A DNA stretch of 64,000 nucleotides from Laetmonice hystrix. Its lineage: Eukaryota. The translations under genes were made by a program, and so were the position numbers. Shown here one piece after another: positions 47,001-61,639 of the stretch. The stretch covers positions 10,044,001-10,108,000 of the forward strand of contig OZ249451.1 in the NCBI GenBank assembly GCA_965235115.1, written 5' to 3'. A model generated the notes under the pieces. It ran no database searches. It saw only the letters and a program-made list of their open reading frames with translations, and was not told the origin of the DNA. Within the stretch, counting starts at the first letter, position 1, and the number at the start of each line of letters is the position of its first letter.

Positions 47001-50000
47001 GCTGTGTCAGCGGTTTGTTGGTGGTGGCACCAAGGAAGGCTCGAGACGCTGGGAAGTTGATGGGAGATGATAGCAGAAAGTTGATAAATGTTGTGTGTGT
47101 GTGTGTGTGGGGGGGGGGGGGTTGTTCCAGTGTCATGCCCCAAACCCCCAGCGCTGCAGTGTCAGCTAACTTCTAGTATAAGTGGTTCCCCCAGTTGATA
47201 ATGTTGAGTGTGCGACTCGTCCTCCATGGATATATATATATAACAGTTAAGTTTCAAGTGTCTGTGATGAAAGATTTATTAAACCTGTTAAGTAAATCTT
47301 TGGAGTAATTAGATAAAGGGACCAAGTATTCATAGTATAAGAAGTGAACAAATGTTCATGTTTATATGTATGTTGTATATGTATGAAGGAGAGAATAACT
47401 AAATGTAAAAAGGTGTGTTTTATTTCGAATGAACTAAAACTATGAAAACGGCAGATTTGCTGTACATTGGTTCTGCAGTAGCATATAGAGATAGGTCAAG
47501 TAAAACGGGTCGATCACCATTTTGTAATGACTGAAACTGTGTGGAATCCACACTGAAGGAAGATTTGGAGAGATATTGTCAAGTTGGACATCAGCAGCTG
47601 TCAAACAAACAGCCAGTGCGGTAGATCCCTTCAGTATTGTGGTTTGTTGGACCGCTCCATCGGTACGGCAGACATCTCATACATGTATAGTGGCTTAATT
47701 ACAACCTGGGATATATTGGTCTTTACCGTAATACAGAACCGATCCCATAGACAGTGGTTTTACGTGAGTGGAACAGTAATATACACTGCACCGAGCCCAG
47801 CACCATGGCAGAGTGATAAAATCTACAGGGGCCTGAAGAAAAATCACATTTCCATATACTACTCATAGTTTTTGTAGTCGTACAGGTCCGTGAAGTCAGA
47901 AGTCTCCCAAGTAAATGTCCGAAGAGTATGCACTTTTGTATTTCATCCTAAATGAAGATCATTAAGGGTGTTTGGTATAGGGTGGTAGGGTTTAGGGTTA
48001 GGTCCAAGGTCGGGGTAGGGGTCAGTGTTGTGAGGAGATTTGAAGACAGAGGGTTAGGGGTAGGTTTGGGGAAAGGAGCCGTGGTCGATTGTTAGTTTTT
48101 ATCCCTGTAATTACGTAGGATTTTTACCATGGGAAGCACCTGTACCACGCCCATCTCCTCCCGTTGGAGCCGGTCTCTACAGATTGAGTAAACTCTGCTG
48201 CCTTATCGCCAGCTCGGCACGGTCATTCCCTATTGATGTTAGCGGAGAATCCACCCAGAACAACCTATTGGCTTCGTCAGGGGCAAAGAAAAACTGCCCC
48301 GGAATAGACAGCGATTTTTATAAGGGCGACAATCCCCAGAGCTCCCGTTCCCCTCCATCGTCTCAGCGGTTTTAGTTTTCCCCAGATTGGCATCCATTCA
48401 GAGGTTGACCATTCATTAGGTAGACTTGTACTGGGACACTGATAACGCTAGTCTCTCCGTCTTTATCTTGGCGGTCTCGATCCGTGTTGTTTAGGTGGTC
48501 TACTCGACCGGAAGTGATTATATGTACGCGTCCCCACCGCTCGCAGTGTACGCTGGGATAGATGACCAGTGGTGGCGCGTACATACAGCGACACTACTTC
48601 CACAGTGTCGGATCCAAACATCGGCTAGGGGATCCAATGGTCTCTGACCGCTCATTTCTCGTTCACACCCCGGCCACATGGATCTGACATCAAGGCATGA
48701 AGTAGGTCAGGCGACAAACACCGTTTTGTTGGAAGTTTACCAGTTTCAACCTATAATGTGACCGAATTGAGTGGGGACTATATTTATCACGTTCCGCGGT
48801 GTAAGGTTTTGTTGTCAGTGTTTCAAAACTGGATTAGTTTATATCAGACTTGACGTATGGATTTTTTTCTCATTATTCCGAAGCTGAAAATGATGTTACA
48901 GCCTATCGCCGTCGCTATAGGCACTTTTTCCGCTGAATTACTTTATATCATATATTCGCTTTATAGACCAAGAACTCCCACTACCTCACTAAATTCCATA
49001 TTCTGGCTTCTGTAATGTCACATTCGCTGTATGGATTCACATTTAATTATTTTCAAGCGGTGATTTGTTTTATATTACATTTTTAGCTTCCACTTTGAAT
49101 AGGCCTTTCCCTAAATGATGGGAAAGTGATGTCAGACAGAGAACCCCTCGGCCCCTCGACCGGCCTGTCGTAAAACACTGCTGAAGGCGTGGCTGGTCCT
49201 GGCTGGTAGCGGGCATTGAGACTGAAATAAGAGGGTGTAGGGGAGGTAGTTTCTCATACTGGTCTGGTATAATGTCTGTCTGTGGCACTCGGTCCACGGG
49301 TCAGGGCGTGAAGAACGATGTCTGCAAGGCTCTGACCGATTGGGGAGGGGCGCTGCAGGGATTATGGATGAATATTGGGGCTCTACTCTAGGAAGCTCAC
49401 TGCTGATCGGTGTCCATTATCCGGGTTTTTTTAATTCTATATTGCAAAGTTATACATTTAATAGGAAAGGACCAAGAACGCAATGTAGGCCTTTAGATCT
49501 TTCGGATTATGCAGTTTTGTCCACAAAGTACCATGTAATCTTGAAAAGATTAGAAAACAGAGATTGAGAAGAGAGTTTTTCAGATTTTGAATGTTTAGGT
49601 CTCAATATTTGCCCTTGATTCCTAATTAATATAGTTTTAATAAATGTTATATGCCTATCCGCATGGTCAAAAGGGTAACAGGAACGGGTTCGGGGTGAAT
49701 GGGAAATGTTGTACCCTTACCCATTGATCGTCATAGACAAATTGTCGGGTGTGAGTGAGGAATTTAAATGGCGACCGGGAGGAAGGCAGTGAGAATTCTG
49801 TAGGATATCGATGTGAAGGTACTGAACAGAGGCTGCAGTTTAATATGATATCATGAAATTGGGGGAACGCCTCAAATAATGTCCGTGAGGTTACGTAATA
49901 TTGGGTAATTACCCTCCAGAGCGGGGCTGCCTGAATTACACCCCATGTAAGTGATCCACCACCAGCCAACCTGAGATTATAAGACCGTTTCCATGTCAGA

Positions 50001-50010
50001 ATATAACCAC

Positions 50011-50680
50011 CAGCCCGGTTATATAGGAACCCACTCTCCCTGTCCCCATACACCACAAACCTCCCCACCTCTCCCACAACGTACCCATGTATTGTCAGGA
50101 TTTCTCCAGGCGGTGAGGGGTGGAGACATGCTGGAGCACAGCTTTCACATGTCCTTCATCTCCTCCAGTACGGATCTCCTCCAGCCCGGTTATATAGGAA
50201 CCCACTCTCCCTGTCCCACCACAAACCTCCCCACCTCTCCCACAACGTACCCATACATTGTCAGGATTTCTCCAGGCGGTGAGGGGTGGAGACATGCTGG
50301 AGCACAGCTTTCACATGTCCTTCATCTCCTCCAGTACGGATCCCTCCAGCCCGGTTATATAGGAACCCACTCTCCCTGTCCCCCTACACCACAAACCTTC
50401 CCACCTCTCCCACAACGTACCCATACACTGTCAGGATTTCTCCAGGCGGTGAGGGATGGAGACATGCTGGAGCACAGCTTTCACATGTCCTTCATCTCCT
50501 CCAGTACGGATCTCCTCCAGCCCGGTTATATAGGAACCCACTCTCCCTGTCCCACCACAAACCTCCCCACCTCTCCCACAACGTACCCATGCATTGTCAG
50601 GATTTCTCCAGGCGGTGAGGGGTGGAGACATGCTGGAGCACAGCTTTCACATGTCCTTCATCTCCTCCACTACGGATCCC
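50011..50680. repeat. 165-171-bp tandem repeat, 4 copies
   Basis: cagcccggttatataggaacccactctccctgtcc... recurs at 50011, 50182, 50347, 50518. Confidence 0.95.
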
Positions 50681-53600
50681 CAATTACCTGATTTCCTTAG
50701 CCGTCATTCAGCCTTCCTCCTGGCGCCCTCCAGAGACCCACAAAACCAATCCGGGCTATTTTGTGTCGGGGGCTCCCCCACTGCGGATTTGTTCAAGATC
50801 AGAGGACACTTTTAGATAATGGACGATCCCTGTGGGGGATTTGGAAGCAGGGAGGGGTATTTTCTGATACGGACCGATCCCTGGGTAGATTAGCCCATCA
50901 CACGCCGTGGTTTAGAAGACCGGGGGAGATTACAAGCTGGGATTGGGTTTCGTAAGGTATTAATATGGCAGTCCCTGTGGAGCCAATAGGAGGGTGATCA
51001 CTTGCACGTCTCTGAAGGGTAACGTGTGTAAATGTGAGCAGTAGGATGATGTCTGTCTCCTCCAGTGGAGTTATAAAATTCACGCTCCAGGCCATAAAAC
51101 AAGGTATAGGAGTTAGGGAATGATGTAGATATGGCATCTCTCCACATATTGGCCCCAACTTATATCAGCCATACATCTAGATGAAGGCGATGGCACGGTC
51201 TCGATATAAAGCCCATTTCATGTTGTTTGACCATGTTGATACTTGATCTCCGCCAACAGAATCAGGCACGTTCTAGCGACATCTGGCGAGAGAAGACCGA
51301 AGCACGTCCTGTCCTGAGTTTGTGTCCGGATTCGGAATGTGTTGTTTGACATACATCGATCAGTTTGCGCGGGTATATTGAAGACTTCAGGAACAGAGTG
51401 CGCGTATACTACACAGACTAGAATCATATACCAATCGGCCGTCTTATTATCCCGATATTGGCCTTGTCTGCTGCTTCTGTTTATTACAAGCTAGTACCCG
51501 CCTGGGAGGGGAGGCTGGCTTCCAAGACGACACACTCATTGCATTTTTCTTTATTTAAAGATAAATAGATGAGGTAGTGGGGCAGCGGGTGGGCTACATA
51601 AACCATTTGTCTGACCATAAGGTGAAGGTTGGGCGGAGAGTTAGGCTGTTCACTGATGGTGAGAATTGTTTATAGTGTTGGTTCTGGGAATTGCCTGGCC
51701 ATGTAGGCTGGACAGTCTCCTGGTGAAACAGTGAGAGAAACAGAGACGTCTCTGGAGAGAAGGGGGAGGGGGATTGGGGTTGAAACAGCCCCCCGATTGG
51801 TACACTTGAGTGGGAAAGCGCCCACTTAAATGATTGATCGTGATTACACAGCTTTTTATTGCACGGATGATTTTCAAAGGTTGATTGAGATGAGGAAAAA
51901 ACTCCACCCTTTTCTTCCATTGTATTATTGTTAATTATCTGTTTAATGTTAGTTATTAATTGAGTGATTAATTTGTTTGTTTCTTATTACGATTTCATGA
52001 ACGATTGGTCATAACATTTCAAATGTGTTCCTGAAATAACCGGCAGGACTTTCGCCGACAAAGTTTTGGTTTTGTAAAATTATTTCAGCTTTCTTTTTGA
52101 AAGCATTGCCGGTTTCTGATCCATTTTAAGAGCACAAGATACCACGACGAGTTAGTAATAAAAGCGTGAAGTAGCATCACAGTTGGAGCTAGCATAAAGA
52201 TGCCCCAACGGCCCGGAACACAGGCGTGAGTAGTACATGCAAAGAGGCTTTTGTTGCAGGAAATTAGGACACGTTTCTTGCAGCCCCGTACCTAAGTCTG
52301 TTCATATTCGCTCAGTCTAAAGTTAGGAAACACCCCCCCCCCCCACCCCGACCTGACGACATTATAATGAAGAATGAGAGGGAAGGAGGTTTTCTCCCTT
52401 GAAGTATAAATGTACGGGTTGAGGTGAGGTCAGGTTAACCTCTGACCCCTCCCGCCTATTGTTGCCGGAGGTCAGCCGACATACATTACGGGCCTATTGT
52501 CCCATGATGTCGTTGTACTCAGTGGCCGTTACAGAACCAGTTGATATGAGAGCGAGTGATTGCGTGCCACACATACATCATCTTTCCTCACTTGATTGTT
52601 GTGATTAGATATCAACATTGACGGCAATGGCCCACGCACATTTACAAACTCACATTGTCCATCGATCATGTTAGTTTGGGGCCGGACTTTCTGGAGCTGG
52701 TGGCCGCTGCTGATTAATTTTATTCAAGCCGAAAGGGTTTTAATACAGGTCCAGTGTCCATTCAAGACACATAGAATGGGGAATGGTGTGTTTTAACATA
52801 TAGGGCTGCTTTGTGATGAGTTGTAAAAAAATCTGATTTTGTGTCTAATATGTGGATAGGAAAAGTTACGGATTATATATGGGATTCTATACATATGGAG
52901 AATGTACCCCTGCGGTATGTGAATATTCTAGCAGATAATCCGGGATTATCGACGTTTGGATCAGTTAATTGGGACAACTAATCCACACCATGTTGGGCAC
53001 CAGGTCGGCATACAAGTATGGCATGAATATTCGTTAGGCATCATTTCGGGGTGGCAGGAAATTTCCTTTTACAACAGTTGACTGATTACACCGAAGATGA
53101 AGTAGACTTTGGCCACAGGCCAGCAAGGCCACAGTAATACCATGAAAGATGCTCGCGAGGAGAACGCTTCGAAATTGATTGGCAATAACTCACATGAAGA
53201 ATATTCCTTAGAACCAGATTTCATCCGACTTTAAGCTTGCCGTTAGCTTATAGCCGGCACGTAAGAATACGGTAGCAAGTTCGGTGACTGGTCAGACACA
53301 GACAAACCGCCTCCCCTACATGTGAAATCTGTTCCCAGAGCCGTGGGAGCCCATGTCATTTAAGCATCATAAGGAAAAAGGAACACATTTAAGCTTTATT
53401 TTGACCGTTAGCATTAACCATAGGGCAAAACGAATGAAATAAAAACTTGTCTAGATTAATCTTTCATTAAGGAGTACTACTTAGATTGACATGACCGTTT
53501 TTAACTATCTATCAAGGTTGCTCCATCTCTTTGCCACGGAATTAACTGATTCTTATAACCAGAACACCTGCAAGTTTCATCTTCATGGGGCCGCGGACTT

Positions 53601-54320
53601 GAGTGTTCCGATGTATTTAAATATGGATACTCTGTGATAGGTTGAAAGATGTACTTAGATATTCTGTTTGTCTAAAACAAGAGCTGATTTAACTGCTCCT
53701 TAAAGTTAAAGGGAACGAGTAGCTGGGGAAAGCTGGTACCATCTTCTCTATTGTGCTGCTATTTAAAGCTAACGGAGCTATAGGTAAAGCTAACTTACTG
53801 CAACATTGGGTCGTGCATATCTCATTTTATCATCTCTGCAAAGATTTCAACTTTACTGTATGGACAAGAGCCGTGTTGTATTATCTCACGATGTAGCGAC
53901 CCAATATATGTTGGCACGTATGAGTCGGATGGCGCACTGATATAAGTACACCTGCAGGGTGCATTAGGCTCTCCCATACGGCCGACAGAGTAAACAGGCT
54001 TTTTATCAGCGCACTGTTTAGTGCAATCCTCTGAAGTAGCGCCTCGTGAAATACAAGCCATCTTTTATTTATGGGACGACATGCAGTCGACAGGCTTGTA
54101 TTGTCTCGGTGGAGGGACATCAGAGAGCCTTGTCCGGCCGAGCCAGCTCGCTTCTGTATTTGTTGAAACGGGAACCGGTCCAGCTACTTGCGACGGGAGA
54201 CAAAAGGATTTGATTTAATGCATTTTACCCTGATCAAATATAACGGTATTTCTACACTCCACCGCGCTGAGGTCTATACTCTAACACCTTCCGTGATGTA
54301 TTACTGAGTACTGTCTGTGG

Positions 54321-54422
54321 CATAGGGGGATCCATGGGGCACAGGGGGCACGTACCCCATTTAGCTTCCCCAAATCCTAATTATATACTACTCCCTTCAG
54401 TGAAATCCTGGATCCGCCAGTA
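54321..54422. mobile_element. MITE, GGCGGATCC TIR family (102 bp)
   Basis: catagggggatcca ... agtgaaatcctggatccgccagta; right end identical to the 13623 copy; flanks gtctgtgg / atctgtgg (7/8 direct repeat). Confidence 0.7.
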
Positions 54423-56090
54423 ATCTGTGGGGTGGCAGCAACGGAAGTCTTGAAAATGTATTTAGGAAACGATAGCGGGTTATATAAACCACAGTTCAAT
54501 GTAAAAGTCTTTTCATCTGCTTTTAGAAATTCAGGAATACATGACATGCTTCATATAAAGTCGTGTGAAGTGTCTTCAAGAATCCATTATAGATAAGGAT
54601 ACATTGATGTTGATACATGGTTGATATATTTGTTGATACTATATCAAAGGAAGCGAAGATGATGGTTGAACGGAACTGATCAGCACAGATTGCTGTCACG
54701 ACTTGTTGTGGATGTTAAAGTCTTGCTATCATTAACCAGTCTTGTACTCAGACTCTGACCCACCCAGGATATGAAGACGTTGGCTCAAGCTGCCACAATC
54801 TATTACTGCCAATCTGATTCAGTAAAAGAGATCTATTACTGGAACTAATTCCGCGTCCTTGGATCCTCAGGCCCTCAACTAGAATTGTCATATCATGTTA
54901 CTGGCTGTATTATAGGCACCGGTGTATCCTAAGTAGTAGTTTCCTTTCGATGTTTCTACAATAAGTGAATTATTTGAGGGAGGAAGATTTCTGTAAAAAG
55001 AATCATTATCCCATTGTCATCTTGATAATAAAGCAGAACAAGAACGGAAAACAATACCATTGTGATTTAAGAGAAAAGTGTGTACAGCAGGCAAGAAAAG
55101 ATGAATGATATAATACAGTAGATCCATTTACTATCTGACAAATGTTACATGGCAATATGTAACTGTTCTTATCACCAGACAAGGGGGACTACAGTCGCTT
55201 ACTATCTTATCTAGTCATACAACTGTATAGAGTGGCATTATTTGTTGGATTTTCCTGATAGGAAGACAAGTTACAGTCGGAGGGATAAATCTGTTCACCA
55301 ACCAGCAGGGATATAGTGTTATATGATACGAGTTACATAGAGGAGTCTATGATATCAGTTTATACCGTCCTCCAACAGTTCTTTAGTTAGAAGGATAGGT
55401 ACCCTGGTACTTATTCCTCTCAAACTGTTTTGTTTAATAATATTCTTAGGTTCCCGATGAGTCTGGTTCGTCGTGATGAACAGTCAGTTCGGAATCGTAG
55501 AAATTTATTTGGCCAGAATTGTACAATCAATTACTCGGCAGTCCCACCATATGATATATTATAATGAAGGAGCCATCTCGATACCTGTCCATACATTGAA
55601 CCTGTCACCAGATGGTTTCCTGATACTCTTGAGGTCATCCTCTGATAATACAATGTTTATACACATCAGAGTACATGTATTGAGTCAACAGTTCACGGAG
55701 CCGTCGAGGCGGGTTGGGCTTTACTCGTCGTATCTTGGTCTTCAGTTATCAGGGACTACATGAGAAAAACGATTCAATGTTAGAACTCTTCAGAGAACTG
55801 CCATCATCGTGAGGAGTGCTAGCTTATCTAGACTAGATGAGCTGGCACCAACTGTTTGTTTATACCTCATGACTCTCTGTTACGATAAACAAAGACTGAA
55901 ATGATAAACACGGACGGACCCAGTGTGAGTCGGGGTGGAGGTGGGGGTGGATGGCTGATAGTTTGACTCCTCGAAGGCCAACTTTGGACCTTAATTTTTG
56001 ATAGTGGTATTTGGCTATTGCAAGGTCATGTGGTGCTTACCATGTATATTACCATCACCAACAGTTGATGGTATGGTAACCTATAGGGTC

Positions 56091-56535
56091 TCTGAGGTGT
56101 TGTGTTGAGTGGGGAGTCTGAGGTGTTGTGTTTAGTGGAGAGTCTGAGGTGTTGTCGTCAGTGGGGAGTCTGAGGTTTTGTTGTTTTCAGTGGAGAGTAT
56201 GAGGTGTTGTGTTTAGTGGAGAGTCTGAGGTGTTGTGTTTAGTGGAGAGTCTGAGGTGTTGTGTTTGGTGGAGAGTCTGAAGTGTTGTGTTTAGTTGGGA
56301 GTCTGAGGTGTTGTGTTTAGTGGAGAGTCTGAGGTGTTGTGTTTAGTGGAGAGTCTGAGGTGTTGTGTTTGGTGGAGAGTCTGAAGTGTTGTGTTTAGTG
56401 GGGAGTCTGAGGTGTTGTGTTTAGTGGAGAGTCTGAGGTGTTGTGTTTAGTGGAGAGTCTAAGGTGTTGTTTTCAGTGGAGAGCCTGAGGTGTGTTTAGT
56501 GGAGAGTCTGAGGTGTTGTTTTCAGTGGAGAGCCT
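56091..56535. repeat. 26-bp GT-rich minisatellite, ~17 copies
   Basis: Unit gtctgaggtgttgtgtttagtggaga. Confidence 0.95.
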
Positions 56536-59500
56536 GCATGTGTCGTCAGTGGAGAGGTGCGGTGTTTAAGTTTCCAGATAGACTTCTCCAACAGAGTCCA
56601 GACATATGCATGAATATGTTGGAGCGGTACCTAGCATGCTGAGCGTGTTTCTTTCATCTAAACTTCAAGTGCCTGAATTTACCATGTGTGTCCCGGCTCC
56701 GTGCCTGTCATATTGAAGAGTTCCCATCGAAGGCTGCGGACCTTCTATCGACGAGGGCTGTCAGCCTTCGGGGCCAAAAGCCACAAGGAAATCATGAGCT
56801 GAAAAGAAACCATCTACGAGGGCCATTCCGCCCTGACAGTCACCCTTTTACGGAGGCTTCCTCACTAATTAGGATTGACTCGGCACAAATGAGGCAACGT
56901 TTGGTCGGCCTTTGGGAGGATGAGGATGGCGGGGCGGGGCGGGTGGTGGCGGCCAGGCGGGGCGGGCCGGGAGGCCGGTCTGGCTTACATACTGATCGCC
57001 GGCCTGGGGGTGCAGTGAATGTCAACCTACCCGGCGGATCGAGCAGGTCGCTTCAGCTCTCAAAGTGACAGTTGGCCCGGCATGAGATGAAATATTCATA
57101 CTGAAAGCCTTGCTCAGAGATATATAATTGTATTTCAACGGCCTTTTTATAAATCTGACTTTTTTGTATTATATATACAGGAAACATAGGATGGACTTTT
57201 TTCTGGACGGGAAATGTCTGCTTTAGATAGCATTGAAAGATCTCATGCTTAGAAAATAAAGTTTCGGTTTTCTTTGCTCCTCGCTACTTGTGCTGTTGTT
57301 AGTGGAATAGTTTTCTGTCACGAGGGAAATGACATAATGGAGGGTATTATGTGGATGCCGCTAGCCACGGCAGAATTCTCTAACTCCTCCCGTCTCGTCT
57401 GGTCGATCCTGTCTCGTTTTTAGCACCTCACCGCGGTCCCATAACAGGCCAAGAGAAAGTTTTGATAAATCCGGTCATTCCATGTTCAATCGTCTTATTG
57501 ATTCGCAGACCATGAGTGGGAACCGCTGGCATGAAACGTTGTAATAAGTTTTTATTTCAGCATGACAGACGTAGTCGTGGTGAACGGTAGAAATGACAGA
57601 CGTAGCCGTGGTGAACGGGAGAAAAACTTTGTTTGTCTCTTGATTTCTGCTAATTCCGGCAGTCGTGCCTCGCGTGTCTTGGTTGAGTCGGCATGAAATG
57701 AATCACATGTATTCGTGACAGTAGCACATCTTATTCCGGCTGGATGCAGACAGGGGATGTGGGTCCGCATAAGTTGGGGGTGTGATTTGAAATATTGTGC
57801 TAGCTTGGCGTACAGGGCGGAGTGTTGACACGGGTGGGGTGAAGGAGTGACGTTTGACGGCAGAGCTCAATATTTCCATTAGCCAAGTGGCATCACTTGG
57901 CCACTCGACTGACGGGGTGGGTTCAGTGGGTTACCCCGGGGATGGGGTCGGGGGTGGATGGGGCATGGAGCGGCCAGGCGGGGGTGGTATCAAATGATGA
58001 GTACTTCATGGAGCCTCCCGTCACCTGTAGGCCGTGTTGGTGGAGGCGTCAGAAGGCGACATTTATTTAAAGGAACATTTCTCAATAAGAAGAACCTTAG
58101 CGACCGTGATGGTGTGACATACGCAGTACGAACTCATTGACCTGTAATTTTGTACGAGTGGCGCATCCTTATCTGATAAAAGTCCTCCAACACAGGGTTG
58201 CCGCAATCAGGATTTGTATATCAGCAAGAATTTATGTTGTTTGTGTCAAATAATGTTATGTATAAGAGTGTCAGGACATGAAGATATGTCTACGATATTT
58301 ATGTCCCGTGTTTATTTCCTCTGAGAAATGATACAGCCAGTAGGATGTGTTTGTGTGGGGTTTTAACGTTACACGTGGAGAGAGTTGTTTTTCACCACTG
58401 TAATCTGTACTCCAGCACGGGGATCGAATCGTATATCTCTTACGTAGAGTAGTCTAGACCCACAGCGACTTGCCAATTACACCGAGTGCTAATCCTTACC
58501 ACTTACAGCCAAGAGACTTGGCGCCATCTTATATCGGTTCACATACAGGATTAGACGCTTTGATGTTGTAGGGGATTAAAGTAAGTGTGACCGGGGATAA
58601 TGGATTAACAGTGGGTGCCGTATTACTCCAACCAATCCGATATGGGAGGTAGATTTGCATCTCCTTGATACGTGAGTAAGGTACGTGGCTAGGGGCCTCA
58701 ATGAAAGTATAGCAACCACATGTGGAAGCAATAGATCGGTTGATTATCACAGTGCCATGTAGCCTTTGAGTGCACACTTTCAAGGGTATACAAAATTTTG
58801 CTCATTTCAGGGAGAGTGCTCGGTTTCATTGAGAACATCGTACTGCCTTACCGTTGTCGGATGAGATTATAAGCATGCGATTGTAACATGATGATATTGA
58901 ATAGCGAGTTTCAAGTGTCGTTTTAATCGTGAGTGGTTATTACGGGGTGAGATGATATTTCCTGTTCAAAGACAGGATGGGGATGTTTGCCATTAAGTCG
59001 ACGTTCCACATTCTGCTTGGATTTTGACGGGTTGGACGTGTTCCGTGACGTCATAGACCGACTGGCGTTTGTCCCTCAGCAATCAGTGATGATAAAAGGT
59101 AGAATTTCCTAGAAAAACCTCCGCAGAAATGAGTTGTCTACCTGAGCCGATGGCAGGTTCCTGACAAATTGTTTTCTTCACGCGAAATTGCCTAGGATTG
59201 AATAAAGGCAAGAACCAGGCCTGAGACTTTCATTAAAGTTGGTTCGATAAACGACAGAATCTTGAAGACAATTGGCTTGGGTTTTTTTTCGCTGTAAAGG
59301 TGCACTTCAGACAACGGTACTGCAATTAATTGGAAAATGTAGGCCACAGGTAGGACTCTTCCCTGAAAATGTTTCTCATGCCATAGGGGTAATAAGACGA
59401 GGAGGTCAGCCCTGTGTACTCTATGGTCAGACATACTCCTGAGACGTGTGGTTAACCAGGACTGAGTCAGCCAGACAAAGTCCTGTCGAGTGACCTCATC

Positions 59501-59754
59501 TGACCCCTAGAGGAGAGTCTATCACCGAGTCAGATCAGTTATCAGCACTCTCATTCATGAAGATTGTTCGTTCACGTCCATACACGACCGGCGTAACGTT
59601 AGACGGCCATGCCAGGTACGTGGTTTGGGGGAAGTCTGGTCTAGTCTATCCTATAACTATAGAAATCCCTTTGGTTTATCACAATGTTGGCAGCAAGAAG
59701 ATATTATTTTTGTCTATACCACGCTGGGGTCAGCAGGGGGGGGGGGGTCAGTTT

Positions 59755-60980
59755 GACCACCAGACAACCATACCTACCACCATGCGTTGTCCACGGATGG
59801 TTCAGGTTGACCACCAGACAGCCATACCTACCACCCTGGGTTGTCCACAGCGAATTCAGTGTGACCACCAGACAGCCATACCTACCACCCTGGGTTGTCC
59901 ACAGAGGGTTCAGTGTGACCACCAGACAGCCATACCTACCACCCTGGGTTGTCCACGGACGGTTCAGGTTGACCACCAGACAACCATGCCTGCCACCTGG
60001 GTTGTCTACAGAGGGTTCAGTGTGACCACCAGACAACCATACCTACCACCCTGGGTTGTCCACAGAGGGTTCAGGCTGACCACCAGACAACCATGCCTAC
60101 CACCCTGTGTTGTCCACAGAGGGTTCAGGCTGACCACCAGACAACTATGCCTACCACCCTGCGTTGTCCACAGAGGGTTCAGGCTGACCACCAGACAACC
60201 ATACCTACCACCCTGCGTTGTCCACAGAGGGTTCAGGCTGACCACCAGACAACCATACCTACCACCCTGCGTTGTCCACAGAGGGTTCAGGTTGACCACC
60301 AGACAACCATACCTACCACCCTGGGTTGTCCACAGAGTTTAGTTTGACCACCAGACAGCCATGCCTACCACCCTGGGTTGTCCACAGAGGGTTCAGGCTG
60401 ACCACCAGACAGCTATACCTACCACCCTGGGTTGTCTACAGAGGGCTTAGATTTACCACCAGGCAACCATGCCTACCACCCTGGGTTGTCGACAGAGGGT
60501 TCAGGCTGACCACCAGACGGCCATACCTACCATCCTGCGTTGTCCACGGATGGTTCAGGTTGACCACCAGACAGCCATGCCTACCACCCTGGGTTGTCCA
60601 CAGAGAGTTCAGTGTGACCACCAGACAGCCATACCTACCACCCTGGGTTGTCGACAGAGAGTTTAGCGTGACCACCAGACAACCATGCCCACCACCCTGG
60701 GTTGTTCACAGAGAGTTTAGTGTGACCACCAGACAACCATACCTACCACCCTGGGTTGTCCACGGAAGGTTCAGTGTGACCACCAGACAGCCATACCTAC
60801 CACCCTGTGTTGTCCACAGAGGGTTCAGGCTGACCACCAGACAACTATGCCTACCACCCTGGGTTGTCCACAGAGGGTTCAGGCTGACCACCAGACAACT
60901 ATGCCTACCACCTTGCGTTGTCCACAGAGGGTTCAGGCTGACCACCAGAAAATCGTGTCCACCGCCCTGGGTTGCCCACA
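59755..60980. repeat. 54-bp minisatellite, ~22.5 copies
   Basis: Unit gaccaccagacaaccatacctaccaccctgggttgtccacagagggttcaggct; 18-aa period in the ORF track. Confidence 0.97.
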
Positions 60981-61639
60981 CCCTCTTTTCCGATCCTCCT
61001 GTTAAGGGGTCAATACTACTTACAGTACATGTTAAATAGATGTGCTAGAAATCGTCACCATATAATTATATAAACAGGTCACATTACATGGCACAGATTG
61101 AGGGCAATATCGATTGATTTCTTATTGGTAATCCAGCCAAAGACCAGTCGCCTCATCTTGGTGAAGTACCTGATAGTTCCACGGGTGATAGCCACAACAA
61201 CCCAAACAGAAATCTCAGTCCAACTGGTGTGCATGGTGCTGAGATTTTAACATGTGTACCAACAGCGATCAATAGAAGTCCATTGGTTTGATCCCAGTTT
61301 ATTTTTGTCATCTGCACCGAACAGATCCTACGTTCATGTAAGAGAACGTTCCAATTTATTTTTCTGGACAGACTTTGTGGAGCTCTGCTTAGCTGGCGCT
61401 GAGCCATTGCTCATTTACTTGTTGGCCAAATCGTCGACTTCCATGGTCGGAACGGACATGGCTACATATTGATTCGTGTCAGAGATATGCGGTAGGATTG
61501 CTGAGACTTCCCTTGGATCATGATGAATGGATGTAGTGGGGGCAACAGTGTCAGTGGCCGACGCCGCAGTCTGGGCCCTCTCCGGGGTCACCAGGTGCAG
61601 AGTTGATGGGCCCTTTACACAATAATGCCATTAGGGCAA

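Noticed and set aside
42194-47121. (C)n(AC)n at 42194 and (GT)n(G)n at 47093 as inverted termini of one element
   Set aside because: Flanking sequences show no similarity; compound microsatellites arise independently.
48200-48600. Possible Penelope/GIY-YIG remnant (LYVRATTGHLSQR)
   Set aside because: Motif too weak; no Cys pattern or RT domain adjacent.
55440-55770. Minus-strand LRELLTQYMYSDVYKHCIIRG*PQEY resembling a Gypsy pol segment
   Set aside because: Only a loose GWP-like resemblance with several stops; no RT or integrase motifs nearby.
59557-61039. Multiple long ORFs
   Set aside because: 54-bp repeat artefact, open on both strands.
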